NCBI GenBank assembly: GCA_965261285.1
Contig: OZ253457.1
Location: 467,809-531,808, forward strand
Origin: Vicinamibacterales bacterium
GTDB taxonomy: Bacteria > Acidobacteriota > Vicinamibacteria > Vicinamibacterales > UBA8438
Direction of reading: 5' to 3'
DNA length: 64,000 nucleotides
Below the pieces are notes generated by a model. The model was not told where the DNA came from. It saw nothing but the letters and a program-made list of their open reading frames with translations, and did not search any database. Position numbers and translations under genes: made by a program. This document shows positions 8,432 through 18,053 of this stretch, in pieces; the first letter of the stretch is position 1; the number at the start of each line of letters is the position of its first letter.

Positions 8432-11065
8432 ATGATGCCATCGAAGCGTGCGGCTCGGTGTCTCGCGGTCGCGGCGGCGTTGGGGCTGTGCGCGGTGCGC
8501 GGCGTGTCCGGGGAGCAGGCGATGCCGCCGATCGAGATCGACGAGGGCGTGTCCTGGACCCTGGCCGAGCACCGGGCGGCGACGCTGTCCGGCCTGCGCT
8601 ACCGCTACCACCTCCGGATTCCCCGTGCGCGCAACGCGCCCGTCACCGGGACGGTCGAGATCCGCTTCACGTGGTCCGACCCCCGGGGCCTCGACGTGGT
8701 GCTGGATTTCAAGGACCCGTCCCGACGGGTGAGTGCGGTGCGGGCCAACGGCGCGGCCGTCGACTGGGCCTCCCGGCACGACCACGTCGTCGTTCCCGCC
8801 GCCGCCCTGAGCGCCGACGACGAGAACCGCGTCGAGCTCGACTTCGAGGCGGGCGACGAGGCCCTCAACCGCAACGATGACTTCCTCTACACGCTCTTCG
8901 TGCCCGACCGGGCCCACTTCTCGCTGCCCCTCTTCGACCAGCCCAACCTGAAGGCGCGCTTCGTGCTGAGCCTGGAGGCGCCCGCCGGCTGGGCCGCGGT
9001 GGCCAACGGGGAGACGGTCGAGGCGCCGGGCTCGGCGGGAGGGGACGGACCGGCGTCCTGGCGCTTCGCGGAGACCGAGCCGATTCCCACCTACCTGTTC
9101 GCGTTCGCGGCCGGCCGCTTCCAGGTCGAGACGGCGGAGCGGGCGGGCCGCCGGCTGCGGATGTTCCATCGCGAGACCGACGCGGAGAAGGTGGCCCGCA
9201 ACCGGGACGCCATCTTCGACCTGCACGCCGCCGCCCTCGACTGGCTCGAGGACTACACCGGGATTCCCTATCCGTTCGGCAAGTTCGACTTCGTGCTCGT
9301 CCCCCCCTTCCAGTACGGGGGGATGGAGCACCCCGGCTCGATCTTCTACCGCGCCTCGAGCCTGATGCTGGACGAGTCGGCGACCCAGGCCGCGTACCTG
9401 GGGCGGGCCAGCCTCATCGCCCACGAGACCGCCCACATGTGGTTCGGCGACCTCGTCACCATGAACTGGTTCGACGACGTCTGGACCAAGGAGGTGTTCG
9501 CCAACTTCCTCGCCGCCAAGATCGTGCATCCCTCGTTCCCCGAGGTGGACCACGACCTGCGGTTCTTCCTCGCGCATCACCAGGCCGCCTACGGGATCGA
9601 CCGCACCGCCGGGGCCAACCCCATCCGGCAGCCGCTGGAGAACCTGAAGGAGGCGGGGGCGCTCTATGGGCCGATCATCTACCAGAAGGCGCCGATCGTG
9701 ATGCAGCACCTGGAGCGGCTGGTGGGGGAGGAGGGGTTCCGCGACGGCCTGCGCGAGTACCTGCGGGCGTTCGGATACGGCAACGCGACGTGGCCGGACC
9801 TCATCGACATCCTCGATCGGCGCACCGGGACCGACCTGCGGTCGTGGAGCGCGGTGTGGGTGGAGGAGCCCGGGCGCCCCACGGTCACCGTGCGGCGCAG
9901 CGCGGGAGGCGGCGGCCCCGGCGGCCGCATCACGCTCGAGCAGTCGGACCCGGCCGGCCGGTCGCGCCTGTGGCCGCAGCAGCTCGAGCTGCTGCTGGGC
10001 TACGGCGACGCGGCGGTCCGCGAACCCCTGCTGCTCTCCGGCCCCGCCGCCTCGGTCGAGCTCGATCGACCCGCGCCCCGCTTCGTGCTGCCGAACGCGA
10101 GCGGGGTGGAGTACGGCCGCTTCCGGCTCGACGAGGCCAGCACCGCGTTCCTGATGACGGCGCTCCCGGACATCGCCGACCCGCTGACCCGCGGCATCGC
10201 CTGGGGCACGCTGTGGGACGCGGTGCTGGAGGGCGAGGTCCCCGTCGCGGACTGGTTCGAGCTGCTGCTGCGCGGCCTCGAGTCGGAACCCGTCGAGCAG
10301 AACGCCCAGCGGCTGCTCGGCTACCTCTCGACCACCTGCTGGTCGCTCATGAGCGACGCGGCGCGGCGGGCCGCGGCGCCTCGGGTCGAAGCGGTGCTCT
10401 GGGCCGGGGTGACGGGCAGCGCGGAGCCGACGCGCAAGGCCGCCTACTTTCGGGCGTGGCACGGCCTCGTCCGGACCGCCGACGGTCTGGCGCGGCTGCG
10501 GCGCATCTGGGCGGAGGAGGAGACGGTGCCCGGCGTGATCCTCTCCGAGCGGGACTTCACCGCCCTCGCCGCCGCCCTCGCGGTTCGCGGGGCGCCGGGA
10601 ACGGAGGAAGTGCTGGCCCTGCAGGCGGCTCGCATCGAGAACCCCGACCGGCTCGCGCGGTTCGAGTTCCTGCGGCCCGCGCTCTCACTGGATCCGGCGG
10701 TGCGGGAGCGGTTCTTCGCCGGTCTCCGCGACGCCGCCAACCGGGAGCGCGAGCCTTGGGTGCTGGCCGGGCTGGGCTATCTGCACCACCCCCTGCGGGC
10801 GGAGCATGCCCGGCAGTTCATCGGTCCCGCTCTCGATCTGCTGGTCGAGGTCCAGCGCACCGGCGACATCTTCTTTCCCGCGGGCTGGCTCGGCGCCACC
10901 CTCGGCGGGCACAGCTCCGCCGCCGCCGCCGACGTCGTCAGCCGGTTCCTCGAGGGACTCGACGCCGGCTATCCGCCGCGCCTGCGCGCGAAGATCCTGC
11001 AGTCGGCGGACCGGTTGTTCCGGGCCGCGCGCATCGTGGACCCGGCCGGGGAGCCCGGCGCCTGA
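8432..11065 (+). CDS. M1-family zinc aminopeptidase
   Basis: Lies in track ORF 8195..11065. The likely start is MMPSKRAARCLAVAAALGLCAV (signal) at 8432. It has a GGMEHPG exopeptidase motif and HETAHMWFGD...WTKE (HExxH-18-E). Confidence 0.9.
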   Translation: MMPSKRAARCLAVAAALGLCAVRGVSGEQAMPPIEIDEGVSWTLAEHRAATLSGLRYRYHLRIPRARNAPVTGTVEIRFTWSDPRGLDVVLDFKDPSRRVSAVRANGAAVDWASRHDHVVVPAAALSADDENRVELDFEAGDEALNRNDDFLYTLFVPDRAHFSLPLFDQPNLKARFVLSLEAPAGWAAVANGETVEAPGSAGGDGPASWRFAETEPIPTYLFAFAAGRFQVETAERAGRRLRMFHRETDAEKVARNRDAIFDLHAAALDWLEDYTGIPYPFGKFDFVLVPPFQYGGMEHPGSIFYRASSLMLDESATQAAYLGRASLIAHETAHMWFGDLVTMNWFDDVWTKEVFANFLAAKIVHPSFPEVDHDLRFFLAHHQAAYGIDRTAGANPIRQPLENLKEAGALYGPIIYQKAPIVMQHLERLVGEEGFRDGLREYLRAFGYGNATWPDLIDILDRRTGTDLRSWSAVWVEEPGRPTVTVRRSAGGGGPGGRITLEQSDPAGRSRLWPQQLELLLGYGDAAVREPLLLSGPAASVELDRPAPRFVLPNASGVEYGRFRLDEASTAFLMTALPDIADPLTRGIAWGTLWDAVLEGEVPVADWFELLLRGLESEPVEQNAQRLLGYLSTTCWSLMSDAARRAAAPRVEAVLWAGVTGSAEPTRKAAYFRAWHGLVRTADGLARLRRIWAEEETVPGVILSERDFTALAAALAVRGAPGTEEVLALQAARIENPDRLARFEFLRPALSLDPAVRERFFAGLRDAANREREPWVLAGLGYLHHPLRAEHARQFIGPALDLLVEVQRTGDIFFPAGWLGATLGGHSSAAAADVVSRFLEGLDAGYPPRLRAKILQSADRLFRAARIVDPAGEPGA

Positions 11066-11184
11066 TCGGCCCGACGTGGATCGGTCCCGGCCTCCCGTCG
11101 CCCGGCTGGCGAGGGGCGGCCGACAACGTGCGGCTGACCCGCCCATCGTCGCCTGCGGCTCCGCTGGGCGTCCAACCGACCCTG

Positions 11185-11220
11185 CCAGGAGTCTGCACCG
11201 CCTACGGCGCAGACTCCTGG
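11185..11220. terminator. 12-bp perfect GC-rich hairpin between convergent genes
   Basis: ccaggagtctgc (11185-11196), a 12-nt loop, then gcagactcctgg (11209-11220). There is no U-tract, so intrinsic termination is only inferred from its position between the convergent 8432..11065 and 11403..11915 genes. Confidence 0.45.
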
Positions 11221-11402
11221 CGGTCGCGAGGAGCTCGGCGCCGGCGATGCGGAAGGCCGGCGCTTGGCGCGGGTGGCGGCGTCCGACCGCGCACCAGGCT
11301 TCATTCTGGAGGAGGGACGCGGCCCGGACGCGAGTTCCTTGGCGACGCGACGCCTCGACGGCCCCGGCGGAATCCGGAGCAGGTTTTCGCGTGCGCGGCG
11401 TC

Positions 11403-11915
11403 TCAGCGTCTCGACGGGGTGGCCGCCGGGCCCGGCGTCGCGCAGCCGACGGTCCGTTGCCGCTCCCGCCTGAGGGTCGAGCCGAGCCGGTCCAGCTCCG
11501 CGGGCGGCGCCGCCTCCTGCACGGCCTCGAACAGCACGCGCTCTTCGCTTCGGACGTGGGCCTCGAGCCGGGTCCCCAGCGCGGGCAGGCGCACCGCGAG
11601 ATCGGCGTCGGAACACGTGGCGAGGGCGAGTATCTCGGCGCGGATGTCGTCGTGGTCCTTGCGCAATGTCTTCACGAGGTCGGCGTGGTCCGGAAGCAGG
11701 CGTTCCGCCAGGGGAAAGACCTCCGCCTCTTCCGCCGCGAAATGGGGCTGAAGCGTGGTCTCGTAGAAGGCGGCCAGGCGGTCGGCCTGGGCGCGCCGGT
11801 CCGTGGGCCAGTCCGACCGGGGTGCGGTGGGGCGTCCCCGGATGAGCCCCTGCGCGACCACCAGGGTGTCGTGATGATCGTGCGACAGGGGAATCAGGCT
11901 CGGGTGTCGCTTCAT
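11403..11915 (-). CDS. hemerythrin (HHE cation-binding) domain protein
   Basis: This is the in-frame part of track ORF 11403..12065, starting from MKRHPSLIPLSHDHHDTLV at 11915. His/Glu-rich motifs are present (HDHH, HFAAEE, KDHDDIRAE, EAHVRSEE). Confidence 0.75.
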   Translation of the reverse strand: MKRHPSLIPLSHDHHDTLVVAQGLIRGRPTAPRSDWPTDRRAQADRLAAFYETTLQPHFAAEEAEVFPLAERLLPDHADLVKTLRKDHDDIRAEILALATCSDADLAVRLPALGTRLEAHVRSEERVLFEAVQEAAPPAELDRLGSTLRRERQRTVGCATPGPAATPSRR

Positions 11916-12015
11916 GGGCGTTCTCCGGGTCCGGGGCGGCGGGCGCCAATATACAATACGGCGTTCATCCGAACGTCGCGGCCGGTCCGCCCGGCCGCAG
12001 AAGGAGATTCCCCGA

Positions 12016-12468
12016 ATGCGTAGCTGGCTGCCGTTCGTGCTGCTGACCGTCCTGAGCTGGGGCACCTACATTCCGACCCTGCACAAGGGTCAGGTCGCGC
12101 TGGGCGGCAGCGGCGTGCACGCCTTCCTGATGGTGGGCGTGGCCTACCTGCTCGTCGCCATCCTGATTCCCGGGACGATGATCGCCCGGGCCGGCACCTG
12201 GGACCTCTTCACCGCCGGCGGGGCCGGGTTCACGCTCGCGGCCGGCGTGCTCGGCGCCCTCGGGGCCCTCGGCATCGTGTTCGCCCTCGTCAACGGCGGG
12301 CGGCCCACCGTGGTGCCGCCGCTCGTGTTCGCCGGGGCGCCGGTCGTCGCCGTGTTCGTGGGCATGCTGTACAACCCGCCCGAGAACCTCCCGTCGCCGA
12401 TCTTCTTCGTGGGGATCGTCATGGCCGCGGTCGGGGCCGGGCTGGTGCTCGCCTACCGGCCCAGTTGA
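12016..12468 (+). CDS. small polytopic membrane protein (about 150 aa, 4-5 TM)
   Basis: The aaggag RBS at 12001-12006 precedes the ATG at 12016. MRSWLPFVLLTVLSWGTYIPTL is followed by further hydrophobic helices. The family is not confidently recognised (EamA/DMT-half-like). Confidence 0.7.
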   Translation: MRSWLPFVLLTVLSWGTYIPTLHKGQVALGGSGVHAFLMVGVAYLLVAILIPGTMIARAGTWDLFTAGGAGFTLAAGVLGALGALGIVFALVNGGRPTVVPPLVFAGAPVVAVFVGMLYNPPENLPSPIFFVGIVMAAVGAGLVLAYRPS

Positions 12469-12868
12469 TTGCCGCGGGGACGTCGTCGGCGCCGAGCTCG
12501 ACCGCCTTCGGCCCGGGGCGTGACGCCGCGTTGCGGAAGCGATGAACAAACGCGGTGAGCCGGGCCGGGGTCGCCGGTAGACGCGGCCGGCCCTGGCGAG
12601 ACTCCGGGCTTGCAGGGAGCCCGCCGAGGCCGGATGCATCGCCGCTCGAATGAAGTCGGGGCTATCGTCGTTGCCACGAGCCGCTGGCGGGTCCTTCGCG
12701 GGCTCCCGGAGACGCCGGGGCGTTTGGAGGTCCTGTCCGAGGAGCGCGGCGAGGGCGGGGTGGTCCCGCGGTCGCCGGAGCACGGCGTCGGAACGGCGGG
12801 GCCCGGTTCTCGCCGCGGGCTGTTAAGATGGGGCTGAAGGAACTTCAATCGACAAGGAGGGGGAGAGC

Positions 12869-13375
12869 GTGCAGGTGGACATGTCACTGAGGTGGAAGGC
12901 GATGCTGGCCGTCGCGGCCGTGGTCGGCGTCGCGGCGTGCGGGGGCGGGTCGGAAGAGGCCGCGCCCGAGAGCGCGGCGGAGCCGATGGAGGAAGCCGCG
13001 GTCGAGGAGTCGTCGGGAGAGCCGCGGGTGTTCTTCGTCGCCCCGAGAGACGAGACCGATCATGCCACCGAGATTCCGCTCGGCATCACGTTCGGCGTCG
13101 AGAACTTCGAGATCGGCGCCGTTCCCGACGAGGTGACCACCGTGCGAGAGGGCGTGGGGCACTACCACCTCGCGCTCGACACGGAGTGTCTGCCTCCCGG
13201 CGAGATCATCCCGTCCGCCGATCCCTGGGTTCACTTCGGCGATGGCTCGGACGGCATGGAGATGCAGCTCGAGGGCGGCGAGTATCGCCTGACGGTGCAG
13301 ATCGGCGACGACGAGCACCGCACCATCGAGGGGTTGTGCGACACCATCGTCGTCCGCATGGAAGACGGCATCTAG
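12869..13375 (+). CDS. DUF4399-like lipoprotein
   Basis: Track ORF with a lipobox (VGVAACGGG) and the GVGHYHLALD motif typical of DUF4399. An aggaggg RBS lies before the GTG at 12869. The ATG at 12881 is an alternative start. Confidence 0.75.
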   Translation: MQVDMSLRWKAMLAVAAVVGVAACGGGSEEAAPESAAEPMEEAAVEESSGEPRVFFVAPRDETDHATEIPLGITFGVENFEIGAVPDEVTTVREGVGHYHLALDTECLPPGEIIPSADPWVHFGDGSDGMEMQLEGGEYRLTVQIGDDEHRTIEGLCDTIVVRMEDGI

Positions 13376-13478
13376 GTCCGCGTCGAAGCCGCCGTGCGCC
13401 GAGACCGGTGAGGTGCGGGATGCACCGGCGGTGATGCAGCCGGAACTTCAGCCGCCTACCTGCTGTCGCCCCGTTTCG

Positions 13479-13692
13479 CGTTCGAGGACGTTGAGCCGCC
13501 GCCCGCCTCGGTGGCGGCGCCCACCCGTCCTCGGCCCTCACCGGTCGAACTCGAGGGCGCGACCGCCGGCGGCGGGGAGCACTCTCGTTCGAGGACGTGA
13601 AGCCGCCACCCGTCGCGGTGGCGGCGCCCACTCGTCCTCGGTGCTCACCGGTCGAACTCGAGGGCGCGACCGCCGGCGCCGGGGAGAAACCG
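13479..13692. repeat. tandem duplication (period 107 nt, 2 copies) containing the pyrC 3' end
   Basis: cgttcgaggacgt...tcaccggtcgaactcgagggcgcgaccgccggcg.cgggg occurs at 13479-13585 and again at 13586-13692. Both copies carry the last roughly 40 nt of pyrC (..GGRALEFDR stop). Track ORFs 13538.. and 13645.. both end in that peptide. Confidence 0.9.
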
Positions 13693-14964
13693 GCCGTCGC
13701 GGTACCGCAGCTCGCCGTTCACCCAGGTTGCCCGCACCCGGGCGCCGAACGCGAACCCGCTGAACGGGCTCCACCCGCACTTCGCGAGGATCGGCTCGTC
13801 GCAGCTCCCCGCCGTCGGGTCGACGAGGACCAGATCGGCCCAGTACCCCTCCCGGACGAAGCCGCGGTCGCGGATGTCGAACAGCCGCGCCGGGGCGTGG
13901 GCGGTCTTCTCGACCACGGTGGCGACCGTGCACCGGCCCGACCGCACCTGCTCGAACAGGACGAGCAGGGCGTGCTGGACAAGGGGCAGGCCGGCGGGGG
14001 CGGCGGCGTAGGGGCGCGCCTTCTCCTCCACGGTGTGGGGCGCATGGTCGGTCGCGATGACGTCGATCCGGCCATCGTTCACCGCCGCCCACAGCGCCTC
14101 GCGGTCGGCCGCGGACTTGATGGCGGGGTTGCACTTGACGCGGGCCCCGAGCGTCGGGTAGGCGGAGTCGTCGAAGAACAGGTGGTGGACGCAGGCCTCG
14201 GCCGTGATCCGCTTGCCGGCGAGGTCTCCCGGCTCGAAGAGCGCGAGCTCGCGCGCGGTGGTGAGGTGCAGCACGTGCAGGCGTGCGCCGTGACGCCGGG
14301 CCAGCTCGACCGCGAGGCTCGACGAGCGGTAGCAGGCCTCGACGGATCGAATGCGCGGGTGCTCGCTGAACGGTATCTCCTCGCCGTATCTCTCCCGGGC
14401 CCGGGCCTCGTTCGCGAGAATCGTCGGCGTGTGCTCGCAGTGGGTGGCCACCAGCAGGGGCGCGCTGGCGAAGATGCCCTCCAGCGTCCGCTCGTCGTCC
14501 ACCAGCATGTTGCCGGTGCTCGAGCCCATGAACACCTTGATGCCGCACGCGCGATGCCGGTCGACCGCCTTCACCGCCTCGAGGTTGTCGTTGGTGGCGC
14601 CGAGGTAGAACCCCCAGTTCGCCATCGAGCCGGCGGCGGCGCGGGCGTGCTTGTCCTCGAGCGCCTCGGCCGTCACCGTCTGGGGCCGGCAGTTGGGCAT
14701 CTCCAGGAAGCTGGTGACGCCGCCCGCGACGGCGGCCCGCGACTCGGTCGCGATGGTGGCCTTGTGCTCCAGCCCCGGCTCGCGGAAATGCACCTGATCG
14801 TCGATCATGCCCGGCAGCAGCCAGGCGCCGTCGGCGTCGACGACGGTGGCCCCGTCGGGGCCGCCCGCGCCGATCCCGGCGATGCGCCCTCCGGCGATCG
14901 ACAGGTCTCCCTCGACGATCGCGCCCTCGTTGACGATGCGGGCGTTGACGATGCGGTAGCTCAC
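13645..14964 (-). CDS. pyrC: dihydroorotase
   Basis: Track ORF of 439 aa. MSYRIVNARIVNEG...LPGMIDDQVHFREPGLEHKATIATESRAAVAGGVTSFLEMPN and later IATDHAPH are amidohydrolase/dihydroorotase signatures. Confidence 0.9.
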   Translation of the reverse strand: MSYRIVNARIVNEGAIVEGDLSIAGGRIAGIGAGGPDGATVVDADGAWLLPGMIDDQVHFREPGLEHKATIATESRAAVAGGVTSFLEMPNCRPQTVTAEALEDKHARAAAGSMANWGFYLGATNDNLEAVKAVDRHRACGIKVFMGSSTGNMLVDDERTLEGIFASAPLLVATHCEHTPTILANEARARERYGEEIPFSEHPRIRSVEACYRSSSLAVELARRHGARLHVLHLTTARELALFEPGDLAGKRITAEACVHHLFFDDSAYPTLGARVKCNPAIKSAADREALWAAVNDGRIDVIATDHAPHTVEEKARPYAAAPAGLPLVQHALLVLFEQVRSGRCTVATVVEKTAHAPARLFDIRDRGFVREGYWADLVLVDPTAGSCDEPILAKCGWSPFSGFAFGARVRATWVNGELRYRDGRFLPGAGGRALEFDR

Positions 14965-14995
14965 GGTTCCGGGCTGCAGGGATGGGCCGGGCCGG

Positions 14996-15718
14996 CTACT
15001 CGGCCAGCAGCAGTCGAATCTCGGCCTCGACGGCCTCGCGGCTCACGAGGCCCACGTGCTCGGCCGCGATGCGGCCCTGCCGGTCGATGAGCCAGGTGGT
15101 GGGCAGCACGTTCTTCGGGCCGAAGGGGGCCTGTCGCTCGACCGTGTCGGCCAGCGCAATCCGGTAGTTGACCGGCGACGCTTCGAGGAAGGGCTCGACG
15201 ATGTCCCGCCCCGGCTCGTCCACCGAGACGCCGAGCACGGCGAAGCCGTCGTCCCCGAACCGGGTCTGGAAGTCGACGAACCAGGGCATCTCTGCCCGGC
15301 AAGGCAGGCACCAGGTCGCCCAGAAGTTCAGCAGCAGAACGCGTCCCGTGTAGTCGGCCAGGGTCGCCGTGCCCCCGTCCATGTCGGGCAGGGCGAAGCC
15401 CGGGGCCGGGTCGCGGCGGGCCGCGGGAATCAGGCGTGGCTCGGCGGGCCGGCGGCGCGGCGCGTCCGCCGCGGCGCCGCTGGCGGGAGCGACCCCCGGC
15501 GCACCTACGGCGGCGGTGCGCAGAGAGCCGGCGGCCGGCTCTTCGACCGGGTCGTCCGGCCCCACCACGAAGAGCATCACCCCGAGCCACAGGCCGAGAG
15601 CGGCGACGACCAGCCAGAGTCCGATCGAACGCCTTCGAGGCTGGTCCGGCCCGGTGTTCGGCTCGGGGGAATCGTCGGGCGGGGAAACGGGTTCGTTCTC
15701 GGTATCGCGCGTAGCCAT
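14996..15718 (-). CDS. TlpA/ResA-family thiol-disulfide oxidoreductase, membrane anchored
   Basis: Track ORF of 240 aa with an N-terminal TM helix and the thioredoxin-fold motif LLNFWATWCLPCRAEMP. Confidence 0.9.
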   Translation of the reverse strand: MATRDTENEPVSPPDDSPEPNTGPDQPRRRSIGLWLVVAALGLWLGVMLFVVGPDDPVEEPAAGSLRTAAVGAPGVAPASGAAADAPRRRPAEPRLIPAARRDPAPGFALPDMDGGTATLADYTGRVLLLNFWATWCLPCRAEMPWFVDFQTRFGDDGFAVLGVSVDEPGRDIVEPFLEASPVNYRIALADTVERQAPFGPKNVLPTTWLIDRQGRIAAEHVGLVSREAVEAEIRLLLAE

Positions 15719-15749
15719 GGCGAGCCCAAGCCCGGCAGGGAGGAGCGGC

Positions 15750-15914
15750 CTAGCGATGAAGGCCGAGAGCGCTGACGTGCCTGGTGACGGTGCGGCTGAG
15801 TTCGTCGACCCGTCCCTTGAACTCCCTGATGTCTCGTCCGTTGACGTACCCGAAAATGGCGGCCAGGAGAGCCGCGATTGCGCCTACGGCAGTGACGAAG
15901 TCCATAGTCTTCAT
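15750..15914 (-). CDS. small single-pass membrane protein (54 aa), paralogue of 5337..5522
   Basis: Below the track's apparent ~60-aa lower limit. Own translation: MKTMDFVTAVGAIAALLAAIFGYVNGRDIREFKGRVDELSRTVTRHVSALGLHR, stop TAG. It has 14/33 identities in an ungapped alignment with the 5337 ORF tail. It lies 31 nt upstream of the TlpA-like gene on the same strand. Confidence 0.5.
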   Translation of the reverse strand: MKTMDFVTAVGAIAALLAAIFGYVNGRDIREFKGRVDELSRTVTRHVSALGLHR

Positions 15915-16151
15915 CGAAATGTGTCCATCCTATCACACGGGTTGAAGCGAGCCGCGGCACCGAGCGGCACCGCGGCACCGGACGCCGTTCCGTCTTGCCG
16001 AATCCTGTCGACCGTGTCCCGCGGGTGCACATCCGACCGCCGTTCTCGGAGCTGCCTGACGGGTGCATGCGTCCTGGTCATCCGTACGCCCGGGCCGGCC
16101 GACAGGGAACGGCGGCGGGGTTCCGTGACGGGCAGACGGTCCGCCTCCTGG

Positions 16152-17372
16152 TCATCCTGCTGCCTGGGCCGGCCGATAGGGGCGGAGCGGGGTCGTCGGT
16201 TCCGCGCTCGCGCCGACCAGGTCCTCGAGTCGGTCGAGCCTGAAGCACGACGAGATCCGGCCATCGAGGGCGCCCCCGGCCGGCGCCTCCCGCTCGAGAT
16301 GGTCGAGCAGGCGGGGACCCAGGAAGACGCGGCTCAGCGAATCGAGACTCGGGCTCGGCGGATCGGCCGGACGTGCACCGAGGGCGGCGGTGAAGGCCGA
16401 CACCGTGCGCGACAGCCTGTCGATGCTGTCGAGCAGGCTGCGCCGGAACCACCGGTCGTCGGGAATCGACTCGAAGGGCACGAGGGTGACGAGGTCGGCG
16501 AACCCGCCGTCGATGCAGGCGCTGGCGGCGTCCACGCAGGATCCGCGGGCCGCGTTCCAGGGCGCGAACGGCATGAACCCCAGGTGCAGCAGGCGGGCGA
16601 ACTGGCGGCACCAGCCCGCGACGGTCTCCTCGCCGGCCTCCGGCGCCGCTCGCAGTTGCGGGTCCCCGGCGGCCAGGAGCCGCAGGTCGTCGACGCGGAT
16701 GGGCGCCGCGGGGTAATACCACACCGCCACGCCGCATCCCGGGCCCACGCGGGCGGCGGCGCGTTCGAAGGCCGCCCCCGGCAGGCGCCAGCGGAGGGCC
16801 TCCACGTAGCGCGCGGTGTCCTCGGCCGAGCATCGATGTACGGCGAGCGGAACCGGCGCGTGAGCCAGCTCGCCGTAGAGCGTCAGATGGCGCTCGTGCA
16901 GCGCCGCGGCCAGCCGCTGGGCCCGGTCGCACTCGTCGAGGGGTATCGCGCCGGGCGGGGCGCCGGCGACGAGGGGCAGGTGGAGCCCGATGGGGAGATC
17001 GCCGTTCCGGAACGGCGTGGTCACCATCCACCGCAGGTAGTCGTCGAAACTGGCCATCAACGGCTCGCTGCCCTCGAAGGCGATGACGTCGCCTTCCCGG
17101 AGCCGCTCCGGTCCGCCCTCGTCGGGGATGGCGCAGCAGACGCGTTGGTAATGGCCGGGCAGCCGGTAGAACTGCCCGGCGACCCCCTCGCCGGCGTGGG
17201 GGGCGACGGGCAGTCGCCGCCGCAGCCCGGCGAGGATGGCGCGAACGGGCGGGCGCCGGCGCTCGAGGGCGCGGAAGAGTCGAGGGCGCTCGCGCTCGGC
17301 GTCGAAGGCGAGGTCGGCGGGAACCTCGACGAACCCCGCGCGCTCGGCGTGGCGCCGGAGCCAGTCGGTCAA
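16152..17372 (-). CDS. hypothetical cytoplasmic protein (about 406 aa), last gene of the ABC/SpoIIM operon
   Basis: This is the C-terminal, coding-like part of track ORF 16152..17945. A candidate TTG at 17372 overlaps the upstream stop (TTGA). No family was recognised. The start is uncertain. Confidence 0.6.
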   Translation of the reverse strand: MTDWLRRHAERAGFVEVPADLAFDAERERPRLFRALERRRPPVRAILAGLRRRLPVAPHAGEGVAGQFYRLPGHYQRVCCAIPDEGGPERLREGDVIAFEGSEPLMASFDDYLRWMVTTPFRNGDLPIGLHLPLVAGAPPGAIPLDECDRAQRLAAALHERHLTLYGELAHAPVPLAVHRCSAEDTARYVEALRWRLPGAAFERAAARVGPGCGVAVWYYPAAPIRVDDLRLLAAGDPQLRAAPEAGEETVAGWCRQFARLLHLGFMPFAPWNAARGSCVDAASACIDGGFADLVTLVPFESIPDDRWFRRSLLDSIDRLSRTVSAFTAALGARPADPPSPSLDSLSRVFLGPRLLDHLEREAPAGGALDGRISSCFRLDRLEDLVGASAEPTTPLRPYRPAQAAG

Positions 17373-18043
17373 CGCAGGTTCTCGAGCACGAAGTTGAAGA
17401 TCGGACCCGCCATGCAGATGACGAACAGGACGGCTCCGACCACGAAGGTGGCTCGGACGGACAGCGAGCCGACCACCTTGAGGGCGACGGCGAGCACCGC
17501 CGAGAGCCAGAGATTGGAGTAGTGCTCCAGCAGCCGCCCCGTCGACAGCAGCGGGTCCGACTGGAGGCTGCGCTGATAGCCGGCTGCCGCTTCCATGATG
17601 TCGGCGTTCGAGGCGCCCACCGGCAGACGAATGGGCTCCGGCGTCCAGTGCCAGACGAAGGCGATCATCACGATGCACCACGGCACCTGCGTGTAGAAGC
17701 TCACGGCCGTGAACTTGGCCAGCAGTCGCGGTTGCTCCGACCCGCTGGCCAGGATGTCGATGGCCAGCACCGCGAGCAGCATCATGCCGTAGAACATCGG
17801 GTAGCCCACGAGACCCCCGACGATCGCCAGGCCCTGGACGGGGAACTCGGCGAACGGGGTCTCGACGAGTGCCATGATCCTCTCCATCTCCGGGAGCGTC
17901 TTGGCGAGGGACATGGAGCCGCTGACGGTTTGCAGGGCGGCGCACATCACGAGCGCGCCGGCTGCGGCGAGCCAGTGCAGACCGTCGGCGCGGCGGGTCT
18001 CGAAGAAGCGAACCGGACTCCAGAACAGCAGGTGCATGGCCAT
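17369..18043 (-). CDS. Yip1-like polytopic membrane protein
   Basis: This is the in-frame part of track ORF 17369..18211, starting from MAMHLLFWSPV at 18043, with a ggaagga RBS. It has five predicted helices and a Yip1-like topology. Assignment is by pattern only. Confidence 0.65.
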   Translation of the reverse strand: MAMHLLFWSPVRFFETRRADGLHWLAAAGALVMCAALQTVSGSMSLAKTLPEMERIMALVETPFAEFPVQGLAIVGGLVGYPMFYGMMLLAVLAIDILASGSEQPRLLAKFTAVSFYTQVPWCIVMIAFVWHWTPEPIRLPVGASNADIMEAAAGYQRSLQSDPLLSTGRLLEHYSNLWLSAVLAVALKVVGSLSVRATFVVGAVLFVICMAGPIFNFVLENLR

Positions 18044-18053
18044 TTCCTTCCCA

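Noticed and set aside
8231-10462. 743-aa minus-strand ORF and other long ORFs opposite the aminopeptidase
   Set aside because: This is a shadow frame of the M1 aminopeptidase, which has the HExxH-18-E and GxMEN motifs in the + frame.
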